The notes below the pieces were generated by a model. It had not been told where the DNA came from. It did no database searches and saw only the letters and a list, made by a program, of their open reading frames with translations. Below are positions 8,302 to 17,911 of a stretch of 32,000 nucleotides of DNA, in pieces. The stretch spans positions 60,001 through 92,000 of the forward strand of contig JAUIFI010000001.1 of assembly GCA_030429505.1 (NCBI GenBank), in the 5' to 3' direction. The DNA comes from Candidatus Saccharimonadota bacterium. Lineage in GTDB: Bacteria > Patescibacteriota > Gracilibacteria > UBA4473. Position numbers and translations under genes: made by a program. Numbering within the stretch: the stretch's first letter is position 1; each line of letters opens with the position of its first letter.

Positions 8302-8817
8302 ATGAAAAAGAATATAAAAATCACCTTACTTATGGCCATCACTTTAGATGGTAGAATTGCGAAAGATACTGACCACTGTGCCGATTGGACCGAAAAAGCC
8401 GACAAAAAGCTTTTCGTCCACATGACGAGAGAAGCTGGTGTATTGATCATGGGATCGAAAACCTACGACACCATCGGGCGTCCACTTCCCAAAAGAAAAA
8501 ACATCGTTCTCACTCGGGATAAAACTCGTGTATCAGAACATCCAGATTTAGAATTTACCGACGAATCTCCCCAAAAATTACTTGAACGACTTGAAAAAGA
8601 AGGGTATCAGGAAGTGATTCTCGCTGGTGGACAAAAGATCAATACCTTATTTGCCCAAGCCAAACTCATCGATGAGATTGTCGTGACCGTAGCTCCACTC
8701 ATTTTTGGTTTTGGTTTATCCCTCTTTGATGAGTCGATTGTCATGGATTTGGAGCTCAAGCAGGTAGAGCCTCTAGGAGAGAATTCCATCATGGCACGAT
8801 ATAAAGTGAAAAAATAG
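8302..8817 (+). CDS. dihydrofolate reductase-family protein (RibD C-terminal domain type)
   Basis: 171 aa. 'ITLLMAITLDGRIA', 'VLIMGSKTYDTIG', 'NIVLTR' and 'ILAGGQKINTLFAQAKLIDEIVVTVAPLIFG' follow the RibD_C/DHFR-like pattern. Confidence 0.75.
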   Translation: MKKNIKITLLMAITLDGRIAKDTDHCADWTEKADKKLFVHMTREAGVLIMGSKTYDTIGRPLPKRKNIVLTRDKTRVSEHPDLEFTDESPQKLLERLEKEGYQEVILAGGQKINTLFAQAKLIDEIVVTVAPLIFGFGLSLFDESIVMDLELKQVEPLGENSIMARYKVKK

Positions 8818-8880
8818 GACAATGTATCCATCCATGGTGACATTTCTTGTCTGGTTGTACGACATAAGATGCAAATAAAA

Positions 8881-8909
8881 TTGCATTTATATCTTTTTTA
8901 TGTTACAAT
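8881..8909 (+). promoter_or_regulatory. sigma70-like promoter placing the transcription start at or next to the ATG at 8917
   Basis: TTGCAT (8881-8886), 17-nt spacer, TACAAT (8904-8909). The ATG at 8917 lies 8 nt after the -10 element. Confidence 0.45.
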
Positions 8910-8916
8910 GAGAGGA

Positions 8917-10047
8917 ATGAAAAAAATTATTACTACAAACAGTTTTAGAGGAAACTCTCGTTTTATCTTTCAAAACCAATCTCCAAACAAAGATCCTGAA
9001 ATACGTCCAACAGGAGGGAAAAATAGAGATAAGATGCTTGCCGAGTTAGAAGAAAATATCATTAAAGCATACAAAGAGGATTTTGATGTTGAGAAATATA
9101 ACATTAGGATTCGTATGCCTGAAAAGGTATTCGCTCTTTTGGCAGAAGCAGAGTTGACAGGAAAAGAATACGAAACAATCCTCGATAATATTCGTGAACG
9201 ATCTGATGTCATGGAAGCTGCGGCAACTGATATACAAATAAAAATAAATGGATATTTCGACCCTTTTGATAATTACTTCGAAACAGACGCTAAAGATGCG
9301 GATAGGATCAATAGAGTTTTAGACGCAGAAGGTATAATAGAAGGCGATACCAAATTGGATATGGAAGATTTAGACACCTACCGAGCGATAGCCAGAATCC
9401 CATATATAGTCAATTTTACAAATCAAGACATAGAAGATATCGATAAAAATTTAGCCTTTTTGTCAGAACCTGAGGTGTGGAATCGAAACGGAATTATTAT
9501 CGGTGAAGCTCTGGATGGTCTTATAGGTAATGCAACACAGGGACTTGTGGATGATCCGGAGCCAATACCAAGTGAAATGTTTAGGCAGGATTCCCTCGTA
9601 GAAACAGCACAACAAAAATATCCTATTCTAAAGCATCTGGATGCCTTGGATCCTGTGTTGGAGGACATACCAGGAGGAGAACTGAAAAAGGCGATACAGG
9701 AAATACCACTAGGGAAGTACATGAGATCACGAAAAATGCCTAATCTCCAGCCTGTTATGGAAGCTCTATGCAATGTTCTTACAAAACTTCCTGATAACTC
9801 GTTGACAGAATATCAATCAGTAAAAGGAGCTATTTTAGCTCTTACAGAAAATTCAACTATGGAAGTATTTCAAGAAAAGCCGATATTTGAAGGAGAAGAT
9901 ATGATGGAAAAAGCATGTCGGATTCTCGCCCAAAAAATTAATTTTGATCAAGTCAAGAAGGACGAAGAATCAACAAATCCATTGTTTAGCGATGACGTAG
10001 AAGATTTTATAAGAAAATACGCTCCCGAAAAAATAAAAGAAGACTAA
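8917..10047 (+). CDS. hypothetical acidic cytoplasmic protein (no recognisable domain)
   Basis: 376 aa from ATG 8917 (MKKIITTNSF...); the tracked ORF begins at 8869. Very D/E-rich, with no TM segment or signal peptide. Confidence 0.6.
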   Translation: MKKIITTNSFRGNSRFIFQNQSPNKDPEIRPTGGKNRDKMLAELEENIIKAYKEDFDVEKYNIRIRMPEKVFALLAEAELTGKEYETILDNIRERSDVMEAAATDIQIKINGYFDPFDNYFETDAKDADRINRVLDAEGIIEGDTKLDMEDLDTYRAIARIPYIVNFTNQDIEDIDKNLAFLSEPEVWNRNGIIIGEALDGLIGNATQGLVDDPEPIPSEMFRQDSLVETAQQKYPILKHLDALDPVLEDIPGGELKKAIQEIPLGKYMRSRKMPNLQPVMEALCNVLTKLPDNSLTEYQSVKGAILALTENSTMEVFQEKPIFEGEDMMEKACRILAQKINFDQVKKDEESTNPLFSDDVEDFIRKYAPEKIKED

Positions 10048-10069
10048 ATACTACCATCCCCTTTATACC

Positions 10070-10258
10070 ATGAAAAAAATATCATCTCCCTCCACCACCA
10101 TTCCCCAAATAATACAATCTCTGAGAAAATTGATAGTTTCAGAAAAAAAACTTGAATTCTTCAAAATTCTTGAGAAAAAAACACGCCAAACTGTGGAGAA
10201 AATATATGCAAAACAGGTAAACCACGAAAACATCTTAAAGCAAGGATGGAAAAGCTAA
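10070..10258 (+). CDS. hypothetical small basic protein
   Basis: 62-aa lysine-rich ORF, 22 nt after the previous stop on the same strand. No clear SD, so support is only ORF length and position. Confidence 0.35.
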   Translation: MKKISSPSTTIPQIIQSLRKLIVSEKKLEFFKILEKKTRQTVEKIYAKQVNHENILKQGWKS

Positions 10259-10524
10259 AGAAATATTCCATCATGGCACAGTACATGGTTCAAAAATAAC
10301 AACCTTAACCTCTTGGACTCAAAAGTCAGAACTTCTCTTCGGAGAGGAATATTTCATAAGGAGCCATTTATACTTCCGGATTCAAAGTTCGGACTTTTCA
10401 ACACAATCCTATATTTCTCCTCTTTGAGGGGATATGAATAAGACGCTGGTCTCTGATGAATATACCATGCTCCATTTTCAATGACCTTGACCAAACAGGA
10501 AAGGATCATTGATAATAAAATTAG

Positions 10525-11319
10525 ATGCTCACAGATATCCTCTCTCATCATTACTTCTGGCTTTCTTTTTTTCCAATTGCAGTCCTTACTTCTGGATTCT
10601 GGTTGCTCTACTTTGATCGAAAAGACAAGATCCAAGAGCCATTAGTTTTATTATGCTTAGCTTTAATTGCTGGCATTTTATCGGCTATCTTTTTTCTTTT
10701 CTTCGCACAAAAAATAGAACTCCAAAATTTTTTGGCAAAAGTGTTAGGAGAAGAATTGTTTAAAATGCTTTTTGCCATTCTAGTAATAGAAAGCGTTAAA
10801 CAAAGGTTTCGTACAATGTCACAAGGTATCATGTATGGCTTTGCGGTCGGACTTGGCTTTGCCATGACGGAAAATATTGTGTACCTCACTAATATCTATG
10901 ACACAAGTCAATTTACCGATGCTTTTTGGCTCACCTTTCAAGGACGATTTTGGACTACGACGCTACTTCATGGAGCCACTACTGCCTTATTCGGATTCTT
11001 TTATGCCGGAGCTTATTTATCAGACACACTCCATAAAGGGAAAAAAGAATCTCCTCTGAGAGTCTTTTGGTATCTCCCCAAGATCAGACACCTTTGGCAA
11101 TTTTTTACGCTTCATGTGGCACGTCGGCACCTTCTGTTTTCTCACTTCCCAAGTCTCAAAGGACATACTGCCCGAGCAGTATTGCTTGAAGGATTATGGG
11201 GAGCTATCCTGCTTCACGTTCTTTTCAACCTAACCTTGAACTGGTCGCAACCGATACTGGCTTTTTTGATCGTGACCGCAGTTATGTGGTCATTAGGGAA
11301 GGCAGGGGATAGGGTTTAA
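10525..11319 (+). CDS. PrsW-family intramembrane protease
   Basis: 264 aa, polytopic. Motifs 'GEELFK' (EExxK), 'GLGFAMTENIVY', 'LLHGATTALFG' and 'LLHVLFNL' match PrsW (PF13367) signatures as I recall them. Confidence 0.7.
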   Translation: MLTDILSHHYFWLSFFPIAVLTSGFWLLYFDRKDKIQEPLVLLCLALIAGILSAIFFLFFAQKIELQNFLAKVLGEELFKMLFAILVIESVKQRFRTMSQGIMYGFAVGLGFAMTENIVYLTNIYDTSQFTDAFWLTFQGRFWTTTLLHGATTALFGFFYAGAYLSDTLHKGKKESPLRVFWYLPKIRHLWQFFTLHVARRHLLFSHFPSLKGHTARAVLLEGLWGAILLHVLFNLTLNWSQPILAFLIVTAVMWSLGKAGDRV

Positions 11320-11328
11320 ATGGGATAG

Positions 11329-11360
11329 AAAAAAAGCTCGGAACAAAAAATTCCAAGCTT
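11329..11360 (-). terminator. putative intrinsic terminator downstream of the ATPase gene
   Basis: AAGCTCGGAA (11334-11343) pairs with TTCCAAGCTT (11351-11360) with one mismatch. The A-run at 11329-11335 on + reads as a U-run after the hairpin on the - strand. Confidence 0.5.
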
Positions 11361-11465
11361 CGCTTAGTTTGAAACGGACATTCACGAGCTCAAGGTTCAT
11401 TATCAGAGTCAAACAAAGGCTTCATTTTTATATCTTTGTATTTTTGTGGTGTCAAAAGTATTCAT

Positions 11466-14072
11466 TTATGCCGTGAGGAGGTTTCGTCTTCGGAAATATT
11501 TCTGCATCTCGATAAAAACCAGTGGGATCAGACTCGCTATAGCAACCACATACCAATCCATCATTCCCAGCGGAGTCGTTCCCAACACTCGATTGAGAAA
11601 AGGAACATATAGGATCAAAAGTACAAGTAATACCGATGACATGACAGATAAAATCAAGAAATAATTTTCACGATGTTTCATATCAAAAATAGATCGTATC
11701 GTTGAACGAGCAGAAAATGCATTAACCAGCTGCACAAATACCAGAGATGCAAAAGATACGCTGGTTGCATGAGCAAAGTGATAATCGACTCCTAATCCCC
11801 ACGCCCAACCATCTTGCATCAGGGTAAACAAAAAGGCACCAGTGACAGATAACCCAATCACACTTCCGACCAAAAGAAAATCTTTCACAAATTTTCCTTG
11901 TAAAACCTTACTCTTGGGAGAACGAGGAGCCCGCTCCATGACGTCTGGCGCTTTATGATCGACTCCCAAAGCTACAGCAGGCAGTATATCTGTCCCCAGA
12001 TCCACACATAAAATCAGAATCGCCGTCAAGGGTAGTGGAAACTGAAACAAAATCGCTAAAAATATCGTCACTAATTCTCCAATATTACAGGCAAAAATAA
12101 ACCACATAAATTTTTTCAAATTATCGTAAATTCGTCTTCCTTCCTCCACAGCATTCACGATCGAAGAAAAAGAATCATCGGTCAAAATCATTGTTGCCGC
12201 TTCTTTACTAACTTCGGTTCCCGTAATCCCCATCGCAATACCAATATCCGCTTTTTTCAATGCCGGAGCATCATTGACCCCATCCCCGGTCATGGCTACG
12301 ACTTCACCTTGTTGCTTGAGAGCCTTTACAATTCGCATCTTTTGATCTGGCATATTGCGAGCGAAAATAAAAGACTTTTCTCGGTCTTTGAGCATTTTTG
12401 AAAGCTTCGCTTCGCTAATTTTTCGCAATACATCTCCTGTAATCACCTCAACATTCTCTCCTTCTACAATACCCAGTTCTCGAGCGATTGCTTCTGCTGT
12501 CACGCCATAATCTCCAGTAATCACAATAATTCGAATACCAGCAGTATGACATTTTCCGACCATCGCCTCCACTTCTGATCTCGGTGGATCAATCATACCG
12601 ACTAAACCCACAAATACGAGGTTTTTTTCCGCCGCTCCTTGGTCTTTTGGAAGGTTTTTCTCGACTGGACGAAAGGCAAAAGCTAACACTCGTAAAGCGT
12701 TTTCTCCCATCTTCTGGTATTGCTTGAGGATAGTTTGTCGTTTTTGAGGCGTAAGAATATGTTTTTTTACTCCATCGGTCCAATGAGTACAATGCTGTAA
12801 AAGCTGATCGGGAGAACCTTTGACCAGAATTTCATTTTTCGTCACCACACTCATCATCTTTCGATCAGAATCAAAGGGAAAAATAGTTCTCACTTTTTCT
12901 TTTGAGGTAAAGCCCGCCTTAGCCGCCAAGGTCAAAAGAGCCCCTTCAGTCGGATCACCTAGTACCGAATACTTACTTCGTTTTTTAACGAGAGTCGCCT
13001 CTGTACACAACACACACACCCGATATAAATATTCAAGCAAATTTTTACTGGTCTTACTATCAGAAGAATCAAAAACCTGAATTTTTCCTCGGAGAGGATT
13101 GTAACCGACGCCTGTCACTTGCCATAAGCTCCCATCAGCCAAATACATTTCTCTCACTGTCATTTCATTTTTCGTCAGTGTCCCAGTCTTATCCGAGCAA
13201 ATCGTGGTCACTGATCCTAAAGTTTCCACAGAAGACAAACGTTTCATAATAGATTTTCGACGCGCCAAAGTCGCCGCTCCCAGAGCCAAAGCCACAGTAA
13301 TCGTTGTTGGCAACCCTTCTGGAACCGCTGCAATTGCTACCGATACCGAAAAAAGCAAGCTTTCAAGGACAGAACTCTCTCTCCACAATCCTACAAAAAA
13401 CAAAAACAAAGAAATCACAACCGTCACTTTCGTCACAAAGATACCGATATGAGCAAGTTCTTTCTGAAGAGGGGACTTTGTTTTATCAACTTCAGAAGTG
13501 AGTTTAGCGATATGACCAAATCGGGTTTCCATTCCGGTTTGTTGAACTTCCATTTTTCCTGATCCATATACGACCGATGTTCCCATAAAAACATCATCAT
13601 CCACTTTTTTCGTCACAGGCACGCTTTCTCCCGTTAGTGCTGCCTCATCAGCCTTCAAAATATTCGATTCCAACAAAATCCCATCCGCTGGAATCTTGTC
13701 TCCTTCTCCTAAGATCACAATATCCCCCGGTACAATGAATTCAACATTCAAAAGCACTTCTTGCCCATCTCGAAGCACTCTGATATCCGCATGAACCATT
13801 TTTTGCAAAGCTTTCAGCGTCCGTTCAGTTCGAAATTCCTGAAAAAATCCAATCCCAGCATTGAGCACAATAATCACCAAAAGCACAATAGCATCCGTTA
13901 CCTCTCCAAATGCATAACTCACCCCCGCCGCTCCGATCAAAATCAAAACCAGCAAGTCAGTAAATTGCCCCGCAATCATTTTGATCCAGGTATGCTCAGA
14001 TTTTGCTACCAACTTATTGAGTCCATATTCTTTGAGTCGACTCTGCGCCACGCTACTAGTAAGTCCTGTCAT
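11466..14072 (-). CDS. cation-transporting P-type ATPase, P2 (SERCA/PacL-like, Ca2+-type)
   Basis: 868 aa. 'TGES', 'CSDKTGTLT', 'AVPEGLP' (TM4), 'TGDGVNDAPALKKADIGIAMG', 'NIGE' in TM5/6. Confidence 0.9.
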   Translation of the reverse strand: MTGLTSSVAQSRLKEYGLNKLVAKSEHTWIKMIAGQFTDLLVLILIGAAGVSYAFGEVTDAIVLLVIIVLNAGIGFFQEFRTERTLKALQKMVHADIRVLRDGQEVLLNVEFIVPGDIVILGEGDKIPADGILLESNILKADEAALTGESVPVTKKVDDDVFMGTSVVYGSGKMEVQQTGMETRFGHIAKLTSEVDKTKSPLQKELAHIGIFVTKVTVVISLFLFFVGLWRESSVLESLLFSVSVAIAAVPEGLPTTITVALALGAATLARRKSIMKRLSSVETLGSVTTICSDKTGTLTKNEMTVREMYLADGSLWQVTGVGYNPLRGKIQVFDSSDSKTSKNLLEYLYRVCVLCTEATLVKKRSKYSVLGDPTEGALLTLAAKAGFTSKEKVRTIFPFDSDRKMMSVVTKNEILVKGSPDQLLQHCTHWTDGVKKHILTPQKRQTILKQYQKMGENALRVLAFAFRPVEKNLPKDQGAAEKNLVFVGLVGMIDPPRSEVEAMVGKCHTAGIRIIVITGDYGVTAEAIARELGIVEGENVEVITGDVLRKISEAKLSKMLKDREKSFIFARNMPDQKMRIVKALKQQGEVVAMTGDGVNDAPALKKADIGIAMGITGTEVSKEAATMILTDDSFSSIVNAVEEGRRIYDNLKKFMWFIFACNIGELVTIFLAILFQFPLPLTAILILCVDLGTDILPAVALGVDHKAPDVMERAPRSPKSKVLQGKFVKDFLLVGSVIGLSVTGAFLFTLMQDGWAWGLGVDYHFAHATSVSFASLVFVQLVNAFSARSTIRSIFDMKHRENYFLILSVMSSVLLVLLILYVPFLNRVLGTTPLGMMDWYVVAIASLIPLVFIEMQKYFRRRNLLTA

Positions 14073-14177
14073 ATTAGTATTTGTTTTGCTTTGAGTATAG
14101 ATACTTGAAACAGAAAGGGCAAAGAATGAAAGAGAAAAAATTAGTACATATCGAGTTGAAACCTTTGTTATTTAATA

Positions 14178-14206
14178 TTGTTTATATCATTAAAAAATGT
14201 TAGTAT
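14178..14206 (+). promoter_or_regulatory. extended -10 promoter placing the transcription start at the ATG at 14213
   Basis: TTGTTT (14178-14183), 17-nt spacer, TG-t-TAGTAT (14198-14206). The ATG at 14213 lies 7 nt after the -10 element. Confidence 0.4.
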
Positions 14207-14212
14207 GTAGAG

Positions 14213-14881
14213 ATGGAAAATTATGAAACTCCAAAGCGTGAGGTTCGTTGGAAAAATACAGGGAAAAATTCGCCAGAACCATGCAATGAAAGAAAAAAAT
14301 TTCAGCACACAGTTCGAGAAGTAATAAGCAACAATTATTTTACAAAGCCTGAAGAAATCGAGCCGAAGCAAAAGCAAGTATTTATTTGTAGAGGTATTTC
14401 TGGTTCTGGAAAATCAACTCTTATTCATAACTTAAAAGAAAGGTTTAGAAAGGAAAATCCTGATGCTCAAATTTCTATTTGTAGTGCCGATCATTATTTT
14501 ATACATGATGGAGAATATAAATTTGATGGTTCAAAGTTAAAAGAAGCTCATGAACAATGTAAAGAAAAATTTTCAAAAGACCTAAATCAAGAAAAAGGAA
14601 TTATTTTTGTTGATAATACAAATTTAGAGTATTGGGAGATGCAATATTATGTAGAAGAGGCAGAAAGACGAGGTTATGAAATAAACATTCTAGAAGTACA
14701 TGCAGAATTTAATGAAATCTGTAGCCGTCAAAATAACGAGGGTGGTAAAAATATCTCAAAAGAAAAAATTCAACACATGAGAGAGAAGTTGCGCAATCCA
14801 CAAGTACCAGAAAACAGAAGAGATTTTTTGAAAGCACAAACAATACACGTTAATGGGGGAGTAAATACTCCTTCTTTCTAG
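14213..14881 (+). CDS. P-loop kinase, AAA_33 / N4BP2L-like
   Basis: 222 aa. Walker A 'GISGSGKST'. 'SADHYF..DGEYKFDGSKLKEAHEQC' and 'IFVDNTNLEYWEMQYYVEEAERRGYEINILEV' closely mirror the N4BP2-like kinase pattern (SADDYF...EAH...IDNTN..WEM). Confidence 0.65.
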   Translation: MENYETPKREVRWKNTGKNSPEPCNERKKFQHTVREVISNNYFTKPEEIEPKQKQVFICRGISGSGKSTLIHNLKERFRKENPDAQISICSADHYFIHDGEYKFDGSKLKEAHEQCKEKFSKDLNQEKGIIFVDNTNLEYWEMQYYVEEAERRGYEINILEVHAEFNEICSRQNNEGGKNISKEKIQHMREKLRNPQVPENRRDFLKAQTIHVNGGVNTPSF

Positions 14882-14900
14882 TACAAAATTAAGTCCTTAT

Positions 14901-14975
14901 TGGTGGGTCGGGTGGGACTCGAACCCACAGCCAATAGCTTAAGAGGCTACTGCTCTACCATTGAGCTACCAACCC
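14901..14975 (-). tRNA. tRNA-Lys (anticodon CTT)
   Basis: The reverse complement gives a 75-nt cloverleaf. Acceptor GGGTTGG/CCGACCC; D arm GCTC-AATGGTA-GAGC; anticodon stem GTAGC/GCTAT with loop CTCTTAA; T arm GTGGG-TTCGAGT-CCCAC; encoded CCA. Confidence 0.9.
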
Positions 14976-15166
14976 ATCATCACAAAGACTTCACTGACTT
15001 CGTCCTTCGACAGGCTCAGGACTCGTTTTGTTCCGTCTTTATTCCTCTTCGTTCGTACGGAGTTCTCAGATGAGTAAAGATTTTCTCTCGCTACACTTGC
15101 TCAAATCTACTCAGCTTCCGCTCCTCCATACTCACGTTCTTTTTTTAAATTTTAAAGAATAAGTAT

Positions 15167-15775
15167 CTAAAGATTCTTAGAATAATTCGTCTCGGCAAAT
15201 TCCCAATCTACAATATTCCAAAAAGCTTTGATGTAATCTGGACGTCGATTCTGATAATGTAAATAATAGGCATGTTCCCAGACATCCAATCCAAGAATGA
15301 TTTCATAGCCCAAAGACAAAGGAGAATCCTGATTTGCCGTAGACATGACTTCCAACTTCCCATCCTTGATAACTAACCACGCCCAACCACTCCCAAATCG
15401 ACTTGCTGCCGCTGTCTCAAATTGATTCTGGAAATCAGAAAAACTGCCAAATGTATCATCAATCGCTTTCGCTAAATATCCTATAGGCTTCCCCCCGCCA
15501 TTCGGATTGATCACTTTCCAGAAAAAAGAATGATTACAATGCCCTCCACCATTATTTCTGACAGACTCTCGAACATCCTCAGGAACCTCATGTAGATTTC
15601 TCAGAATATCACAAGTAGATTTCTCAAAATATTCCGGATATTTCTCCAACGCTGCATTGAGCTTATTCACATACCCCTGATGGTGTTTGAGATGGTGAAT
15701 CTCCATCGTTTGAGTATCGATAGAGGGTTCAAGTTGATCATAATCATAATCGAGAAGGGGAAGCGTAAAAGCCAT
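15167..15775 (-). CDS. sodA: Fe/Mn-family superoxide dismutase, Mn-type signature
   Basis: 202 aa. '[13 protein letters not shown]', 'HHLKHH', '[13 protein letters not shown]', 'NQDSPL', 'DVWEHAYYL'. Confidence 0.9.
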   Translation of the reverse strand: MAFTLPLLDYDYDQLEPSIDTQTMEIHHLKHHQGYVNKLNAALEKYPEYFEKSTCDILRNLHEVPEDVRESVRNNGGGHCNHSFFWKVINPNGGGKPIGYLAKAIDDTFGSFSDFQNQFETAAASRFGSGWAWLVIKDGKLEVMSTANQDSPLSLGYEIILGLDVWEHAYYLHYQNRRPDYIKAFWNIVDWEFAETNYSKNL

Positions 15776-15811
15776 AGGTATAATGAATAATGAAAAGTCA
15801 AAGATTGATAA

Positions 15812-16876
15812 TTAATTCGCTCGGGCTTTTTCTCGCACCAAACCTTCAATCTCTGAAGCTAAATCGAGATTGTTTTTCAAAAAATCTACTGCATTCTGCT
15901 TTCCTTGTCCGAGCTTCGTGCCAGTATAACTATAAAAAGCTCCAGATTTTTGGATAATATCCATCTTCGTTGCTACTTCGATTAGATCTCCCATCCTAGA
16001 AATTCCTTCATTAAAAAGAATGTCGACCTCAGCAGTTTTAAAAGGTGGAGCTACTTTATTTTTCACTACCTTGATCCGAGCACCATTTCCATGAGCTTCC
16101 TTGTTGTCCCCAGTTCCTTGCTCAATTTTACTTCCCTTGCGAATTTCTACTCGCACAGAAGCGTAAAATTTAAGAGCATTTCCTCCAGTCGTAGTTTCTG
16201 GATTTCCAAACATCACACCAATCTTCATACGGATTTGATTGATAAAAATAATAGTCGTTCCCATTTTCGAAGTTACCGCTGTTAATTTTCGCAAAGCCTG
16301 ACTCATCAGCCGAGCTTGTAATCCCATCTGTGCGTCACCCATCGCTCCTTCTATTTCTGCTCGAGGAGTCAAAGCGGCAACCGAATCAACGACAATAAGA
16401 TCCACACTTCCAGAACGTACTAAGGCTTCTACAATTTCCAAAGCCTGTTCACCAGAATCTGGCTGGGAAAGTAATAGATTATCCGTATCAACTCCGACTT
16501 TTCGTGCATATTCTGGATCAAGTGCATGTTCTGCATCTACAAATGCTACCATCCCACCTTGCTTTTGAAATTCAGCAGCTGCATGGAGACACAAAGTTGT
16601 TTTCCCAGAACTCTCTGGACCATAGATCTCAATTATTCGTCCTTTAGGATATCCTCCTCCCAAAGCAAGATCGAGAGAAATAGAACCAGAACTAACAGTT
16701 TCAATCTTAGTATGTTCTTGTTCTCCAAGTTTCATAATAGCTCCCTTTCCAAAGTTTTTTTCGATCTGTTGCATAGCAGCTTCTAGTGCCGCTTTGCGAG
16801 AATCACTCATAACATTGCTTTTAGAAGCTGGTTTTTGTGTTTTTGTTTTCGATGCCGGAGTCGTCTTTTGTGTCAT
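15812..16876 (-). CDS. recA: recombinase RecA
   Basis: 354 aa. '[15 protein letters not shown]', '[11 protein letters not shown]', '[10 protein letters not shown]', '[32 protein letters not shown]'. A ~25-aa Lys/Thr-rich N-terminal extension is present. Confidence 0.97.
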   Translation of the reverse strand: MTQKTTPASKTKTQKPASKSNVMSDSRKAALEAAMQQIEKNFGKGAIMKLGEQEHTKIETVSSGSISLDLALGGGYPKGRIIEIYGPESSGKTTLCLHAAAEFQKQGGMVAFVDAEHALDPEYARKVGVDTDNLLLSQPDSGEQALEIVEALVRSGSVDLIVVDSVAALTPRAEIEGAMGDAQMGLQARLMSQALRKLTAVTSKMGTTIIFINQIRMKIGVMFGNPETTTGGNALKFYASVRVEIRKGSKIEQGTGDNKEAHGNGARIKVVKNKVAPPFKTAEVDILFNEGISRMGDLIEVATKMDIIQKSGAFYSYTGTKLGQGKQNAVDFLKNNLDLASEIEGLVREKARAN

Positions 16877-16907
16877 AAGAATAAGATAGAAGAGTCACAA
16901 AAGAATA

Positions 16908-17300
16908 CTACTCCTTTTTTTCTAAATGATAAAATTTTCTTAACGCTTCTTCACGACCCATAGAAATTTTCTTGGATCCAGTTACCCCACACACAATACG
17001 TGGCTTCCCACGAGGTGTTTTTCCAGCACCTGCTGGTACGATACTTTGGGCTTCATGACTGTAAATAGCTATTTTACAGGTTGGAAGCTTTTCCTCCGGA
17101 GTGTTGTGAAATTTTTTAACGATATCTTCATCCAGCACCTTGTGTACTGATGCAATTGCTTCATCTAAACTTTTATATTCCAGCTGTACTTTTCCACCGA
17201 CTGCTTTTCCTTGAAGCTGATCATCCGTCAAAAAAGAATCTTGGGAAGATGTACTTTTGGAGTCGTTATTATGAGGTTTTAAGTCTTTCTTTTTCGTCAT
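16908..17300 (-). CDS. hypothetical protein encoded immediately upstream of recA
   Basis: 130 aa with no recognisable motif. Its ATG overlaps the stop of the upstream membrane-protein gene (ATGA at 17297-17300). It ends 31 nt before recA. Confidence 0.55.
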   Translation of the reverse strand: MTKKKDLKPHNNDSKSTSSQDSFLTDDQLQGKAVGGKVQLEYKSLDEAIASVHKVLDEDIVKKFHNTPEEKLPTCKIAIYSHEAQSIVPAGAGKTPRGKPRIVCGVTGSKKISMGREEALRKFYHLEKKE

Positions 17301-17911
17301 GACTCTATCTGATTATCAAACTTAGACTGCTCAGTCTTAGTCTTCGTTTCGTCAATTAAATTCGTTTGTGCTGGAGTGGGTTTTGGGGGTTCTTCCACTT
17401 CAGCAGAAGGTGTCATTTTCTCACTCGGATTCTGAAAAAAACTTCGAGCCTTTTTCTTTTTTTGACTTTGAATTTCCAGATATCCGGATACCAATCCTGC
17501 AATCTGCGCTATCAAAGCCGCAAAAATACCAAACCGTAGCTCCACATTTCCAATATGTTTCCCCTCAAGAAGCAAAACAGAAGCCATTAATAAAATCAAA
17601 AATATTTGGATCGTTCCGGCACCCATAAAAAGATAGTTAGCCGAAAAAGGAAGATGGATCTTGCGAGTTTCAAGTAACTTATCGACAAAAAACAACACTA
17701 AGCTCAACGATACAAAAAGTACCACAACCCCCATCAGAGCTGAAGAAGCCGAAAACGCTGTGTGCCAGTATGTTGGAACCAAGAAATCAAACGGTTCTAC
17801 AGACCTCCATGGGAAAAAGCAAAAAATCAATGTTAAAATATGGGCCGAAAAAATCGCCTGTTCCTCGGCACTCAGACTTTTGAAGTTTTTGAGTAAAAAA
17901 GCGTATTTCAT
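17297..17911 (-). CDS. hypothetical polytopic membrane protein
   Basis: 204 aa from ATG 17911 (MKYAFLLKNF...); the tracked ORF starts at TTG 17992. Contains 4-5 hydrophobic helices and a Lys/Pro/Glu-rich C-terminal tail. A minus-strand TTGATT-18-TATAAT lies upstream, with the -10 at 17963-17968. Confidence 0.6.
   Translation of the reverse strand: MKYAFLLKNFKSLSAEEQAIFSAHILTLIFCFFPWRSVEPFDFLVPTYWHTAFSASSALMGVVVLFVSLSLVLFFVDKLLETRKIHLPFSANYLFMGAGTIQIFLILLMASVLLLEGKHIGNVELRFGIFAALIAQIAGLVSGYLEIQSQKKKKARSFFQNPSEKMTPSAEVEEPPKPTPAQTNLIDETKTKTEQSKFDNQIES

Noticed and set aside
10354-10635. 93-aa minus-strand ORF spanning the gap upstream of prsW
   Set aside because: It overlaps the PrsW start region in antisense, and has no SD and no recognisable motif.
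14994-15019. SRP (4.5S) RNA helix-8-like hairpin on the minus strand
   Set aside because: The topology matches (stem, 4x4 loop, 3-bp stem, tetraloop). However, the universally conserved AGCA/AGG loop residues and the GGAA tetraloop are replaced by GAAG/GCCU and GAAG.
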